Sequence record: PZ386967.1
DNA: 64,000 bases
DNA from: a phage
Reading direction: 5' to 3' (one strand)
The notes beneath the pieces are model-generated. The model made no database searches. It saw only the letters and a list, made by a program, of their open reading frames with translations, and was not told the origin of the DNA. Shown here piece by piece: positions 37,236 through 47,077 of the stretch (positions are counted from its first letter, which is position 1; each line of letters opens with the position of its first letter). A program made the translations under genes and the position numbers.

Positions 37236-37898
37236 ATGGAAAAACTTTATTCTATTATCGTCGGTCCTGATCCTGACGGATTATTCTTCGCCTCGTTGTC
37301 TTATATTGCCCACGCCCGTATCGGTAGCTATTACGCATATTGCACACGTGGCCACGACGGTTCCAATATCCTCCATTATAGCCGCCTGAACGATTTCCTG
37401 GCACTTCAACCAGAAGATGTTGTGCTGGCGCGTCGCGTGTTCATCGACTTCAACGCGATGCACAACAACGAAATCGACGCTCGCTACCATGCCATGCGTT
37501 CTATGGACGGGGGAGATTGCATTTATCGTATCGACCATTTTAGTGAGTTTACCGAATGTATTGATTGGTTTATCTCTGATAAAGTGATGGGTGAAAGAAT
37601 CGTCACAACTCCGTGGGCACATGCGGAACAACTTCGTGTGTCTACCGATGCGTACAAAGAAGTCGACAATCTGTGCAACAAGTTCCGCATCTCGGTGACC
37701 TGTAATCAAGACCTGGGCGAAGAGATACAATGGACAGCTGAGTCTCCTCATTTCAGTGGCCTGGTGATGACGGCCGAAACCCGTTCCCGTGCTGTTGTCC
37801 AGTTAGTACTCTGGGCGTTCTACCAGCGCACCCCGTTCTCGTACATGGGGCAGAAAGAGATTGATGAACTCCTGAAGTCTCACGCGGTGGAGGTGTAA
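37236..37898 (+). CDS. Hypothetical protein (220 aa)
   Basis: ATG in conserved GAGACTATATCATG context after a hairpin. Confidence 0.5.
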   Translation: MEKLYSIIVGPDPDGLFFASLSYIAHARIGSYYAYCTRGHDGSNILHYSRLNDFLALQPEDVVLARRVFIDFNAMHNNEIDARYHAMRSMDGGDCIYRIDHFSEFTECIDWFISDKVMGERIVTTPWAHAEQLRVSTDAYKEVDNLCNKFRISVTCNQDLGEEIQWTAESPHFSGLVMTAETRSRAVVQLVLWAFYQRTPFSYMGQKEIDELLKSHAVEV

Positions 37899-37899
37899 T

Positions 37900-38178
37900 A
37901 TGGCTGGCGTATGGTGTGATGTCTTGCTGGTTCGTTACAGCGTAAATGGGTGTGTCCAAGTGCGTTCCGCCTTCTATCCAGTACCGTTCTCTTCCGGTGG
38001 CCTGACGGTTCAGCGAGTTCTCGATATTGAGGCAGAACTGAACAAAAAGTCTTTTGGTGTACAAGTCCTGGGGTACGATCTTCTGAATGAAATGATGGTT
38101 GAAGAAGACAAAGTTGAGACTGTCATTGGTCGTCAGGAGATGGAATCGTTAATCTCCAAATCGGAGGTCAAATCATGA
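37900..38178 (+). CDS. Hypothetical protein (92 aa)
   Basis: Tightly packed ORF immediately after the preceding stop. Confidence 0.35.
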   Translation: MAGVWCDVLLVRYSVNGCVQVRSAFYPVPFSSGGLTVQRVLDIEAELNKKSFGVQVLGYDLLNEMMVEEDKVETVIGRQEMESLISKSEVKS

Positions 38179-38426
38179 GTCCCAACATGGCAATAATCTG
38201 GGTTGGTGAATCGTCAATGCGTTGTCCTCACAAGACGATCACCTTCTTGGACGATGAGCGCCTGGCCGAACAACGGGTTGAAGTCCGCGAAATGCAGGTT
38301 TCTTCAAAGGTGGTGAACGTTCCTGTGACTAATATTCAGACTTTTAAGCCTTGCGTCAGAGTGATTTGTGAACGCTGTGGATGTTATGGCACGATGACGA
38401 CTGAAGACGTGGCGAAAGGCTATTAA
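38175..38426 (+). CDS. Hypothetical Cys-rich small protein (83 aa)
   Basis: Start overlaps the preceding stop; C-terminal CERCGCYG motif. Confidence 0.35.
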   Translation: MSPNMAIIWVGESSMRCPHKTITFLDDERLAEQRVEVREMQVSSKVVNVPVTNIQTFKPCVRVICERCGCYGTMTTEDVAKGY

Positions 38427-38516
38427 TTCCGCTTTATTCAATAAAATTTGTTAGTTAAACTGTAGTCCTCTTGTAGTGAACATGAAAGTAAACATTAACC
38501 CAACGGAGAAATCCAG

Positions 38517-38795
38517 ATGAATCGTACTGAATTTGTTGCCCACATTGCTTCGACCCAGAACATCACCAAAGGCGAAGCGGAGAAAGTAGTGGCATCCTTT
38601 ATCAACGGTGTTAAGACTGCAGTTGCTGCAGGCGCATCTGTACAGCTGGTCGGCTTCGGTGCGTTCGAAGTGAAACACCAAGAAGCGCGTGAAGGCCGCA
38701 ACCCTCTGGACGGCCAGACCATTCAGATCGCGGCGAAAAACGTTGTGAAATTCAAAGTGGGCGAAGGTCTGAAGAACGCTGCCAACGGCAAGTAA
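38517..38795 (+). CDS. hup: HU/IHF-family DNA-binding protein
   Basis: Canonical HU sequence: MNRTEFV...GFGAFEVKHQEAREGRNP..GQTIQIAAKNVVKFKVGEGLK. Confidence 0.85.
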   Translation: MNRTEFVAHIASTQNITKGEAEKVVASFINGVKTAVAAGASVQLVGFGAFEVKHQEAREGRNPLDGQTIQIAAKNVVKFKVGEGLKNAANGK

Positions 38796-38846
38796 TTCTA
38801 TCTGACGCGCGGCCAGGCTCTGCAATACAGGGCATGGCAAAGAGAA

Positions 38847-38876
38847 AGCCGGAGCATTGTACTCCGGCTTTTTCGT
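38847..38876 (+). terminator. Rho-independent terminator after HU gene
   Basis: AGCCGGAG-CATTGTA-CTCCGGCT followed by TTTTCG. Confidence 0.7.
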
Positions 38877-38923
38877 TCTTGGGGATCGGGTAAACTATAG
38901 GCGAATCCCATAGGAGGAAGAAA

Positions 38924-40642
38924 GTGACAGCATTCAACCAATATACCAAGGCGCTTGACGGCGTCGGACCAGTCAGCATAGACCGCATCAAGTCTCTTGC
39001 CACTGAGTTCTTCCCGTATGACACCGCCAACCCCGGCCAGATGGAATGCATCGTTGAAGCCATTGATGCCCTTGTGAATAAGAAATTCAAACACGTGATC
39101 ATCGAGGCTCCGACTGGTGTAGGTAAATCCCTCATCGGCACTACCATCCATAATGTGCTTCGCCATTTGGTTCTTGAGCACAACCCGTATGGTCAGTTCC
39201 GCACGTCTATCACGACGCCGACCAAAGGTTTACAGGATCAGTATGCAGCAGAGAAAGCCGTGGCGATAGACATCCTGAAGGGCAAGAAGAACTACCGTTG
39301 CCACATCAGTCCCGACCTATACTACAACGCCATTCAGTGCCGTATGGCATGCCGTGATGGCCACTGTAGTAAGAATCGTTGCCCATATGTTCAGGCGCGT
39401 CGACAGTGGACCGACGTCTCCTCCCTGCGCTGCACCAACGCCGCCATGATGGTGGAGATGTGTACGACGATTTGTATGAAGCCGGAAAACCGTGCCGATA
39501 TGCTGATCCTTGACGAGTGTCATAAGATGCCCTCTACGCTCCTAGAGCATACTATCATGGAATACAACATAAAGGCTGTGGAAGGGTTGCTTACGATCCC
39601 CGAGGGAGTGCCTATCGTGGAGACCATCAAGGATATCATCATCCGCACAGAGAACTATGAATTGGGCAAGCTGTATTCCCTGTCTGGTGAGATGCATGCG
39701 ATATTTGATGAACTACACGGCAAGGTTGAAGCCCTGTTGGAAACTCTTGAAGAACTGGTAGAGGATGAGCGCCTGACTGAAGCCCAGGTGATGAAGCTGT
39801 CTGATATTATTGATAATCTTCACAACCTCAGTGACTACTGCGGTATCATGGGGCAGACCAACGCCAGCACTTTCATCGTACAGGAGAAGGACAAGGGTAT
39901 GATTCAGTTCAAGCCTGTCATCGCCTCTGATGTATCCCAGTTCGGTCTGTTCCGCAAGGGTGACTACCACGTTCACATGTCGGCGACCATCTGCGGGATT
40001 GACTCGTACGCCCGGTCACTGGGTATCCGCGAGGGTGAGTACCACAAGATACAGATCGGCAACCCTATCCCGATTGAGAACCGGAAAGTCAACTACATGC
40101 CCATCATGAAGATGACAGCGAACATGGGTGACTACGAGATGAAGAAGCTGGCTGAATACGTGGATGAAATTATCGCGTTCCACCCTGGGCAGTCTGGCAT
40201 CATTCACACAGTCAGTTATGACCGCGCCCTGGCTCTACAAAAGTTCAGTAAGTACCGGAATATGATTCACGTTCCTCGTACTCGTAAGGCTCTGATGGAC
40301 ATCATGGAAAACGCGTTCAGGACGAAGACGCCTTGTGTCATCGCCAGTCCGGCCATGGAAGAGGGGTATGACTTCAAAGGCGATTATAGTCGATTTCAGA
40401 TCTTGATCAAGGTGCCATACGATTACCTTGGTGATCCTCTGGTGGCCCACGTCAACAGTGTGGACCCATCGGCGTACTTCAGGATGGCGGTACTGCGTAT
40501 CGTTCAGATGTGTGGGCGTTCGGTCAGGGGTGTGAATGACTGGGCTGCGACGTACATCCTTGATTCTTCTTTTGAATCACTGATGATGCGCAACCCAGAG
40601 TTCTTCCCCGCTTGGTTCACTGATGCCGTGTTTGAGGTTTAG
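38924..40642 (+). CDS. DinG/Rad3(XPD)-family SF2 helicase with Fe-S cluster cysteines
   Basis: Q-motif PGQ, Walker A APTGVGKS, four Cys between motifs (CHISPDLYYNAIQCRMACRDGHCSKNRC), DEAH box LDECH. Confidence 0.75.
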   Translation: MTAFNQYTKALDGVGPVSIDRIKSLATEFFPYDTANPGQMECIVEAIDALVNKKFKHVIIEAPTGVGKSLIGTTIHNVLRHLVLEHNPYGQFRTSITTPTKGLQDQYAAEKAVAIDILKGKKNYRCHISPDLYYNAIQCRMACRDGHCSKNRCPYVQARRQWTDVSSLRCTNAAMMVEMCTTICMKPENRADMLILDECHKMPSTLLEHTIMEYNIKAVEGLLTIPEGVPIVETIKDIIIRTENYELGKLYSLSGEMHAIFDELHGKVEALLETLEELVEDERLTEAQVMKLSDIIDNLHNLSDYCGIMGQTNASTFIVQEKDKGMIQFKPVIASDVSQFGLFRKGDYHVHMSATICGIDSYARSLGIREGEYHKIQIGNPIPIENRKVNYMPIMKMTANMGDYEMKKLAEYVDEIIAFHPGQSGIIHTVSYDRALALQKFSKYRNMIHVPRTRKALMDIMENAFRTKTPCVIASPAMEEGYDFKGDYSRFQILIKVPYDYLGDPLVAHVNSVDPSAYFRMAVLRIVQMCGRSVRGVNDWAATYILDSSFESLMMRNPEFFPAWFTDAVFEV

Positions 40643-41406
40643 TAACCCGCAACGAAGGACAGATGGCACTTGACATTCGGTTCCAACGACGTCACAGAAA
40701 CCGTCATATTGTCCGTATCTTGGCTGAAGTCAATGGTGGCGAGAGGTTTGGTCTGAATATGGTTGTAAACACTGTAGATCAGATCCTCGCCACGATACCC
40801 TACCTTCCCGTCGGTGTCTTGCCAATGACCCAGTGTCTCATCGTAGACATGCACTCTGAACTCGATCATATGGAAGAGTGCCTTGGGGATGTCCTTGAGT
40901 ACGCTGGTGCCAACCACGGGAATCTCTATGCTGGAATCATTGGAGTTCCCTTCATATACCGAAGCCCATGCAAAGGTGGGATCTCCCCCAGCAACAGGGG
41001 TTCGCTTCCAGTATTGGAATTCTGGGTTGCCTGAAGCGTTCTTCTGAAGTAGAATGACCTCACCACCTTTGAAGTTCGAAGTATCGATGTCGCCTCGCTG
41101 AAGTTCATCTGCTGGAGATCCAATAAATTTCCAGCCTTCGCGATCCAGTAAAGACTTATAATAGTCGGTGAACACGTTGCTGTCTTCTGCATCGTTGATG
41201 GCATCTTTGAGACCTTGGCCTGTCACCATCTCGTTGAGCTTCAACCACATGTTCTTGACAGCAGACGCTGCTGCGACTTGTCCAGCAGTCCCACCTGCAG
41301 CATAATCATAGATGATATCTTCTGACTTGATAGCATCATAGATAGAGAGGAGCAATTGCTCAATCTGCGGGGCGGTGAGACTGAAACGATATGCGCGGGG
41401 TGTCAT
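40639..41406 (-). CDS. Hypothetical late protein (255 aa), possibly structural
   Basis: Minus-strand ORF from internal ATG 41406 with RBS AAGAGGA; canonical T4 late promoter TATAAATA about 36 nt upstream on the same strand. Confidence 0.45.
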   Translation of the reverse strand: MTPRAYRFSLTAPQIEQLLLSIYDAIKSEDIIYDYAAGGTAGQVAAASAVKNMWLKLNEMVTGQGLKDAINDAEDSNVFTDYYKSLLDREGWKFIGSPADELQRGDIDTSNFKGGEVILLQKNASGNPEFQYWKRTPVAGGDPTFAWASVYEGNSNDSSIEIPVVGTSVLKDIPKALFHMIEFRVHVYDETLGHWQDTDGKVGYRGEDLIYSVYNHIQTKPLATIDFSQDTDNMTVSVTSLEPNVKCHLSFVAGY

Positions 41407-41441
41407 AGTTTCATTCCTCTTTCTATAAAACCAGTTTGGGA

Positions 41442-41449
41442 TATTTATA
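41442..41449 (-). promoter_or_regulatory. T4-type late promoter (TATAAATA) on minus strand
   Basis: Exact TATAAATA (plus-strand TATTTATA) upstream of the minus-strand gene. Confidence 0.5.
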
Positions 41450-41451
41450 TC

Positions 41452-41979
41452 ATGATAGAAATTTATTCTGACGGGGGTTCTAACCCGAAGACCAACCAGG
41501 CCGCAGGCTGGGCATTTGTCATCAGGCCAATAACGGGTATGCAATGGAAGGTGTTCTTCGGCCATCTACCTCCCCCGTCCACTAACAATATCGCCGAGTT
41601 GTTGGGTGTGACCAACGCATTGAAGCTACTGTGGGCATTCTCAGGAAAGGGTGAGCGCAGAATACCAAAGGCAACAATTTGGTCTGACAGCCAATATGCC
41701 ATCAAGAGTGTCACCGAATGGCGAGCGAAGTGGGAGTATCAGGGTTTCCCAGAAAAGAACGTTGAACTCATCAAAGATCTGTTCAGAATCTATGATCTCG
41801 TTTGTTCAATTTGTGATGTTGAACTAAAATGGGTTAAGGGTCATGCGGGGCACGAAGGCAACGAACTTGCCGATGACTGGGCCACAGCAGCCAAAAACGA
41901 CAGCAACTTCCTGATTGAGAATGACAAGATCTCAGTGAAGAAGGTTGTTGGATCTTTTGATGAATTTATCGGTATCTGA
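41452..41979 (+). CDS. rnhA: Ribonuclease HI (bacterial-type RNase H)
   Basis: IYSDGGS...GWAFV, TNNIAEL, IWSDSQY, WVKGHAGHEGNELADDWA correspond to RNase HI catalytic motifs. Confidence 0.8.
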   Translation: MIEIYSDGGSNPKTNQAAGWAFVIRPITGMQWKVFFGHLPPPSTNNIAELLGVTNALKLLWAFSGKGERRIPKATIWSDSQYAIKSVTEWRAKWEYQGFPEKNVELIKDLFRIYDLVCSICDVELKWVKGHAGHEGNELADDWATAAKNDSNFLIENDKISVKKVVGSFDEFIGI

Positions 41980-41990
41980 GGGCTTTCATA

Positions 41991-42782
41991 ATGGGAATGA
42001 ACTTCGTGGACAGAGGGGAGAATGTCGTCAAATATTTCACGGACGAAGACAACGAGCGTGTCATTAGTATCCTTCGTGATTGGATCCCCGCCCGCAAGAA
42101 AGCACTTGCTGAGGGCACCAGGCTTCCAAAGATCCCCAACTATGTTGCTCTGCAGGTCCAGCGCATCATCACCAAGATGAGTACCCGCTACAACTATCGC
42201 GACTATCCCTTCCGTGAAGACATGGTCTCTGAAGCAATAGTCAACATCCTGCGCTACCTCCACACCTTTGACGTCGAACACATTGGAAAGAAAGGGAAGA
42301 TCAACTTCTTCTCTTGGGTGACCATGTGCGCTGATCGATCATTCGCTCGTAAACTGAATATCGAAGAAGAACACACGTACATCAAATTGCGCTCATTTGA
42401 AGAGGCGGGTGGGTTCGCAGGCCTGGCAGACGATCCCGACTTCCAACAAGAGATCTTTGTTGACGCGACAGGGATTGGTATGGACTTCCGTGAGCGTATC
42501 GGTAACTTTGAGAACAAAAAGGACGCTCAAAGGCAGAAGGAGCGAGAGAAGGTGGAGGCGGCTCGTCTCGCAGAATCGAATAAAAAGATTGCGAAAGGCA
42601 TACTTCAATACATGGCGCAGGCTAAGAATACGGTAACAGCGCAGGCCGAAGACAATTCAGATCAGGACTTTGGCAAAACCCAATTCAATCTGGAAGATGA
42701 TATCTGTGCGATGGAACCAGATTGGGAAGCCCTCAAACAAAGATTAGAAGAACGGGAGAAAAAGAATAATGGCGATTGCTAA
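41991..42782 (+). CDS. gp55: Late sigma factor (gp55-like) with acidic/coiled C-terminal extension
   Basis: ISILRDWIPARKKALAEG...MVSEAIVNILRYLHTFDVEH...FFSWVTMCADRSFARKL parallels T4 gp55 LQAIIDWKTEL...[20 protein letters not shown]...AYITQACFNAFVQRIKK. Confidence 0.7.
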   Translation: MGMNFVDRGENVVKYFTDEDNERVISILRDWIPARKKALAEGTRLPKIPNYVALQVQRIITKMSTRYNYRDYPFREDMVSEAIVNILRYLHTFDVEHIGKKGKINFFSWVTMCADRSFARKLNIEEEHTYIKLRSFEEAGGFAGLADDPDFQQEIFVDATGIGMDFRERIGNFENKKDAQRQKEREKVEAARLAESNKKIAKGILQYMAQAKNTVTAQAEDNSDQDFGKTQFNLEDDICAMEPDWEALKQRLEEREKKNNGDC

Positions 42783-43884
42783 AATCGGCGATCTGCATAT
42801 CGGGAGCCGTAATGGTTCCCGATACGTTCGCGACTTCATCAAGAACTACCTCATCAATTATTTCATCCCTGAACTTGTCGCCTCCGACATCCATGAGGTC
42901 TGGCAGTTTGGTGACACATTTGACGTCCGCAAATTCATGTACGGGCGTGACAAGGACTGGTTGAAAGATGAGCTGACTCCGGCGCTGAAAGCTGCTGGGA
43001 TCAAGTGGAATGGTATTGTTGGCAACCACGACATCACCCTGGAAGAGTCTAACCGCATCAACTGGCCATCCTACCTGAACGAACTCGACCCAGATGTATA
43101 CTGCTATTATAGCGAACCGACCGAAGTGATGATCGAGGGTGTCAAGACTCTGCTCCTACCGTGGATCAACAAGGAGAACTATGATGCGTCTATTAAGGCG
43201 TTACAAGATACAGACGCCGAGTACTGTTTTGCGCATCTGGAGTTGGCAGGGTTCAAAATGTACCAGTCCTCTACTTGTGATCACGGTCAGATCGACGTTG
43301 CGTTGCTTTCCAAGTTTACCAGGGTCGACACGGGGCATTTCCATACCCGTTCGATGGAAGGTAACATTCAGTATCTTGGGACTCCGTATCACCTGAACTG
43401 GGAAGACTACAAAGATGGCACCAACCGTGGCTTCTATGTGGACGACATGCGCGGCGGTGAGGTATTCATTCCCAACAGCGAGCACCAGACGTTGTTCCGC
43501 TATGTGGAATATGATTACACCAAGTTGTCCTCAGACGATGAGGGTAACTGGATCGACCCGGAATGGTTGAACACAGGCTTGGGTATTGAAGGGCAAATCG
43601 TTAAGGTTATTGTACAGAATCGCGACAATGCTAAGCATTATGAAAAGTTCTGTGATGCAATGAAGCGATGCAAGTGTATTGACTACAACTTCATCGACCG
43701 GACTATTACCGTAGCGGCTGAGAAGGTTGAGGTCACCGAAGAGATGGTGGCAACCGACGCAGTGGAAGTCCTAAAGAAGGATATCCGCGCCGGGAACAAC
43801 ATCCAGCGCCCTGAAAACGTCTGCAAGCTAGCAGAGCACTTCTACAACGCTGCCCAACAACGCCTGAATACACTGGATGCATAA
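42769..43884 (+). CDS. gp47: Recombination endonuclease subunit (gp47-like, Mre11/SbcD family)
   Basis: IGDLHIG, QFGDTFDVRKF, IVGNHD, GHFH and YLGTPYHL match T4 gp47 phosphoesterase motifs. Confidence 0.85.
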   Translation: MAIAKIGDLHIGSRNGSRYVRDFIKNYLINYFIPELVASDIHEVWQFGDTFDVRKFMYGRDKDWLKDELTPALKAAGIKWNGIVGNHDITLEESNRINWPSYLNELDPDVYCYYSEPTEVMIEGVKTLLLPWINKENYDASIKALQDTDAEYCFAHLELAGFKMYQSSTCDHGQIDVALLSKFTRVDTGHFHTRSMEGNIQYLGTPYHLNWEDYKDGTNRGFYVDDMRGGEVFIPNSEHQTLFRYVEYDYTKLSSDDEGNWIDPEWLNTGLGIEGQIVKVIVQNRDNAKHYEKFCDAMKRCKCIDYNFIDRTITVAAEKVEVTEEMVATDAVEVLKKDIRAGNNIQRPENVCKLAEHFYNAAQQRLNTLDA

Positions 43885-46222
43885 CATGACTCAAAGTACA
43901 GATATCCTGGCCAAATTTGGCAATCTTTTGAAGGAAGCTGACACCCCGGTAGAGGTGGAAGTCCCATTTGAAGTGCGTGATAACGTTACGCACAAACTGA
44001 CTTTCCGCAAAGGTCGCGCCAAGAACTTCCGCTCCATCGGCAATCAGTTCATGGAGATTGATTATCAGCGCAACCCAGCCACCCTTGTCACGTCTGATGA
44101 CAACGGCGCGGGTAAATCCACGATGTTGGTATGGCTGCTGTTCTTCGTACTGTACAACACCACGTACAGTAAGAAGGAGAAGAAGGCAGGCCTGGTTAAC
44201 TCACAAAGCCGCAAGGAATGTGTGGGTGAGGTAGAGTTTGCCTGTCGTGGTAGTGAATGGAAAGTTCGCCGGGGTATCAAGCCCGACTTTGTTGAAGTCT
44301 ACCAGATGGTGGACGGTAAGTGGTTGCAGATCGATAACGAAGCAGCCAAGGCCGACATGAACAAGTACATCGTGAACCTCATCGGTGTAGACCAGAAGAT
44401 GTTTGAGAACTCTCTGGTGCTGGGTAAAGAGAAGTTCATTCCGTTTACGGAGATGTACACTGCCGACCGTCGCGCCATGGTGGAGACAATTTGGGACTTG
44501 GGCTTCTTCAGCCTGATGAACGAAGATGTCAAGGCCGCCATCAAAAAGGCAAATACAACTCTGGACTCCATATCTAACGAATGCGCACTGAAGGTTATTG
44601 ACCACACCAACAAGAAGACGCAGCTTCAGCAGATCGAGCAATCCAACGCTCTGATCCAACAGCAGTCGGCCGATATCCTTGTACAGCAACAGGAAGCCCT
44701 GAATTCCCTGGATGCTGACATCGCTTCCCAGAACGAAGAGCGCAGCCGCCTCACTGCGGTTGAGTTCGAAGCCACCCAGGAAATGAAGACGGTAGAAAAT
44801 CGCCTGAATGATGAATCCATGGTGGAGATCGAGGCTATCAAGAAAGACTTTGATGCCAAGATCCAGGCGGTGAAGGATGCCGCTCAGGAAAAGGCCGATG
44901 ATTATGAGCGCATCGAAGTGTCTACTGCGGAGCATGAACTTCAGGTCTTGCGTGACCGTGCCTTTACAGTGGCCGAAAGCAAGAACACCCTGCTCACCGA
45001 GCGCAACACAAACCTGGACGCCCTGAACGCTGCTATTCAGCGCCGCCAGCAGGGTGAGAACTTCCGCATCAAGTTCCAGACCGAAATGGACGGACATCAG
45101 TCGGCCATCAAGCGCTTCCACGACATGGGGACTTGCCCTACCTGTACCCAACTGGTGTCTGATGACACCAAGGCGCGGATTGAGAGTGAGTACAATCCTC
45201 AGATCCAGGAACTACAGTCGAAGTTAGATCAACTAGACAAAGTTACCGCCGATATCAATGTCCTGATCGATGATCACAAGGCTCAGGATGATAAGTTGGT
45301 TGCTGACATTGCTGTGTTGGACACTGAACTGGATGCAATGCGCAAGCAGGCTGACGAAATCGTTGACAACATCAAGCAGCTGCGCCGTGATATTCAAGGT
45401 TTTCATGATGCTGCCACGATTGAGTGTAATTCACTGAACCGTGAATGTCAACAGAAGATCCTTGACATCCGTAAGGCACTGAACGTTCGTTTTGAAGACA
45501 TCACTGCGTCACTACAACAAACTCGAGAGAATGCCGTCAGCGGGATTAAAGCCGTCGATGATAAGATCGCCGAGCTGAAAGCCCGTCGTGCTCCTCTCGT
45601 GGCGTCTATTGCCGATCTGGAGCGTAAACTGGCTGTACAGCCAACACCTACCACCGACCTGGAGAACTCTATCGCTGCGTTGGAAGGTGAACTGGAGTCT
45701 CTGTATGAACTCCGTGAAGATGCAGATGAGGAACTCCAGGACTTACAGCACCTGCTGTTCTTCTTGAAAGATGACCAGACCAAGGCGCGTATCATCGCCC
45801 TGTATCTGCCATTCCTCAATAGCAAGATCAACGAGTATCTTGAAGCCCTCAACATGTTCTTGGATATCGTTGTTGACGATACCTTTGAGATCACCATGAG
45901 CGCAGCAGGCCGCAAGGGGCAGAGTATCTTCTCCCTGTCTACTGGCCAACGCAGTCGTCTGAACCTGGCTGTGACATTAGCTCTGCGCGATGTGGCTAAC
46001 CTCAAGGCATCGGTGCAATGTAACCTGTTTGTCCTGGATGAAATCCTTGAGAACATGAGCGAGCGCGGGGTGCAGGAATCGGTTGAGATGTTGAAGCATA
46101 AGTTCGGCGGGAACAACCTGTTTGTTATTAGCCAGCGCGAACAGGAGTTCCAAGAATACTTCCAACACAACATTCGCTACGGCCTGCGAAACGGCCTGAC
46201 TGAAGTTATCAAGAAGGATTGA
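43877..46222 (+). CDS. gp46: Recombination endonuclease ATPase subunit (gp46-like, Rad50/SbcC family)
   Basis: Walker A DNGAGKST, long coiled-coil with zinc-hook CPTC, signature STGQRSRLNLA, Walker B FVLDEIL. Confidence 0.85.
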   Translation: MHNMTQSTDILAKFGNLLKEADTPVEVEVPFEVRDNVTHKLTFRKGRAKNFRSIGNQFMEIDYQRNPATLVTSDDNGAGKSTMLVWLLFFVLYNTTYSKKEKKAGLVNSQSRKECVGEVEFACRGSEWKVRRGIKPDFVEVYQMVDGKWLQIDNEAAKADMNKYIVNLIGVDQKMFENSLVLGKEKFIPFTEMYTADRRAMVETIWDLGFFSLMNEDVKAAIKKANTTLDSISNECALKVIDHTNKKTQLQQIEQSNALIQQQSADILVQQQEALNSLDADIASQNEERSRLTAVEFEATQEMKTVENRLNDESMVEIEAIKKDFDAKIQAVKDAAQEKADDYERIEVSTAEHELQVLRDRAFTVAESKNTLLTERNTNLDALNAAIQRRQQGENFRIKFQTEMDGHQSAIKRFHDMGTCPTCTQLVSDDTKARIESEYNPQIQELQSKLDQLDKVTADINVLIDDHKAQDDKLVADIAVLDTELDAMRKQADEIVDNIKQLRRDIQGFHDAATIECNSLNRECQQKILDIRKALNVRFEDITASLQQTRENAVSGIKAVDDKIAELKARRAPLVASIADLERKLAVQPTPTTDLENSIAALEGELESLYELREDADEELQDLQHLLFFLKDDQTKARIIALYLPFLNSKINEYLEALNMFLDIVVDDTFEITMSAAGRKGQSIFSLSTGQRSRLNLAVTLALRDVANLKASVQCNLFVLDEILENMSERGVQESVEMLKHKFGGNNLFVISQREQEFQEYFQHNIRYGLRNGLTEVIKKD

Positions 46223-46224
46223 TC

Positions 46225-46389
46225 ATGAACTACGAACAAATTAAACTCGCAATACTGATCTTTGCATGCATCATTGACATCGTTGCGTTTTCTCGTGAAG
46301 TCGAAAGGAAAAACTACCTGAAATCACTGGGGTATCTCGGGTTCTCTGTCTGGTTCTGTTATCTACTTGCAGGTCAAATCCTGAAATGA
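46225..46389 (+). CDS. Small membrane protein (54 aa)
   Basis: Two hydrophobic segments; start 4 nt after the gp46 stop, stop overlaps the next ATG. Confidence 0.3.
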   Translation: MNYEQIKLAILIFACIIDIVAFSREVERKNYLKSLGYLGFSVWFCYLLAGQILK

Positions 46390-46715
46390 AAGTCGTCCAC
46401 TTCAAGAAGGAGCCATATGACGTCTACATTGGTCGGCCTGGTAAATGGGGGAACCCGTTTGAGGTCAAAGACCATGGACGAGGCGTCTGTATCGAGCTGT
46501 TTGAGGACGACCTGTATGTGCGCCTGGTTGAAGGGGATATCACTGAGGATGAACTCCTTGAGCTTGACGGGAAGGTATTGGGGTGCTGGTGTAAGCCACG
46601 CCCCTGCCACGGGGATGTTTACGTCAAAGTCATTGGTCGTATTAAACTATTCCGCAAGCTGGGTAAATCCTTTACTGAACACCTGAGACAAACATATGTC
46701 AGAATCAAAAGATGA
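46386..46715 (+). CDS. DUF4326-like protein
   Basis: YDVYIGRPGKWGNPF...CWCKPRPCHGDV pattern recalled as DUF4326. Confidence 0.45.
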   Translation: MKVVHFKKEPYDVYIGRPGKWGNPFEVKDHGRGVCIELFEDDLYVRLVEGDITEDELLELDGKVLGCWCKPRPCHGDVYVKVIGRIKLFRKLGKSFTEHLRQTYVRIKR

Positions 46716-46980
46716 AATCCAAGACTCCTGTGACATTGCAGTTGAAACCTGGAACCGTCGGAACCCGCATTACCAGGTGACTGTCACTCCGAATCGTTAT
46801 CTTGAGCAGGGCGGCCTGATTGTGGTTGATGCTGTACTCGCTTTCAACAAGTACCAAGATATGCAGATCCTGGACGGCAACTTTACCGTCGCGACCAAGA
46901 CGGCATGGGATGACCCTCTACAGTTCGTCTACGGCTGGCTGGAGTGTATCGAGGAATCCTACCACCTCATCTACGAATGA
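46696..46980 (+). CDS. Hypothetical protein (94 aa)
   Basis: ORF followed by a hairpin plus T-tract at 46987-47016. Confidence 0.4.
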   Translation: MSESKDEIQDSCDIAVETWNRRNPHYQVTVTPNRYLEQGGLIVVDAVLAFNKYQDMQILDGNFTVATKTAWDDPLQFVYGWLECIEESYHLIYE

Positions 46981-47077
46981 GGCTGAAGGGCACTAAATAT
47001 CACGTGCCCTTTATCTTTTAACCCCTGTCAGGAGGCTCAAGCGAGCTGCAAGTCGACAAAACATAAGGAACGCCATC

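Noticed and set aside
44201-46173. Minus-strand ORFs of 316 aa and 241 aa
   Set aside because: Antisense to gp46, whose Rad50-like motifs are unambiguous; translations are Ser/Arg-rich.
46330-46390. tRNA-like GGTCAAATCC T-loop-like motif
   Set aside because: No acceptor-stem complementarity and no D-arm or anticodon arm could be built; it lies inside a small coding ORF.
46987-47016. CACTAAATA at 46991 as a late promoter
   Set aside because: It sits in the loop of an inverted repeat (AGGGCAC...GTGCCCT) followed by a T-tract, so it is more likely the terminator of the upstream gene.
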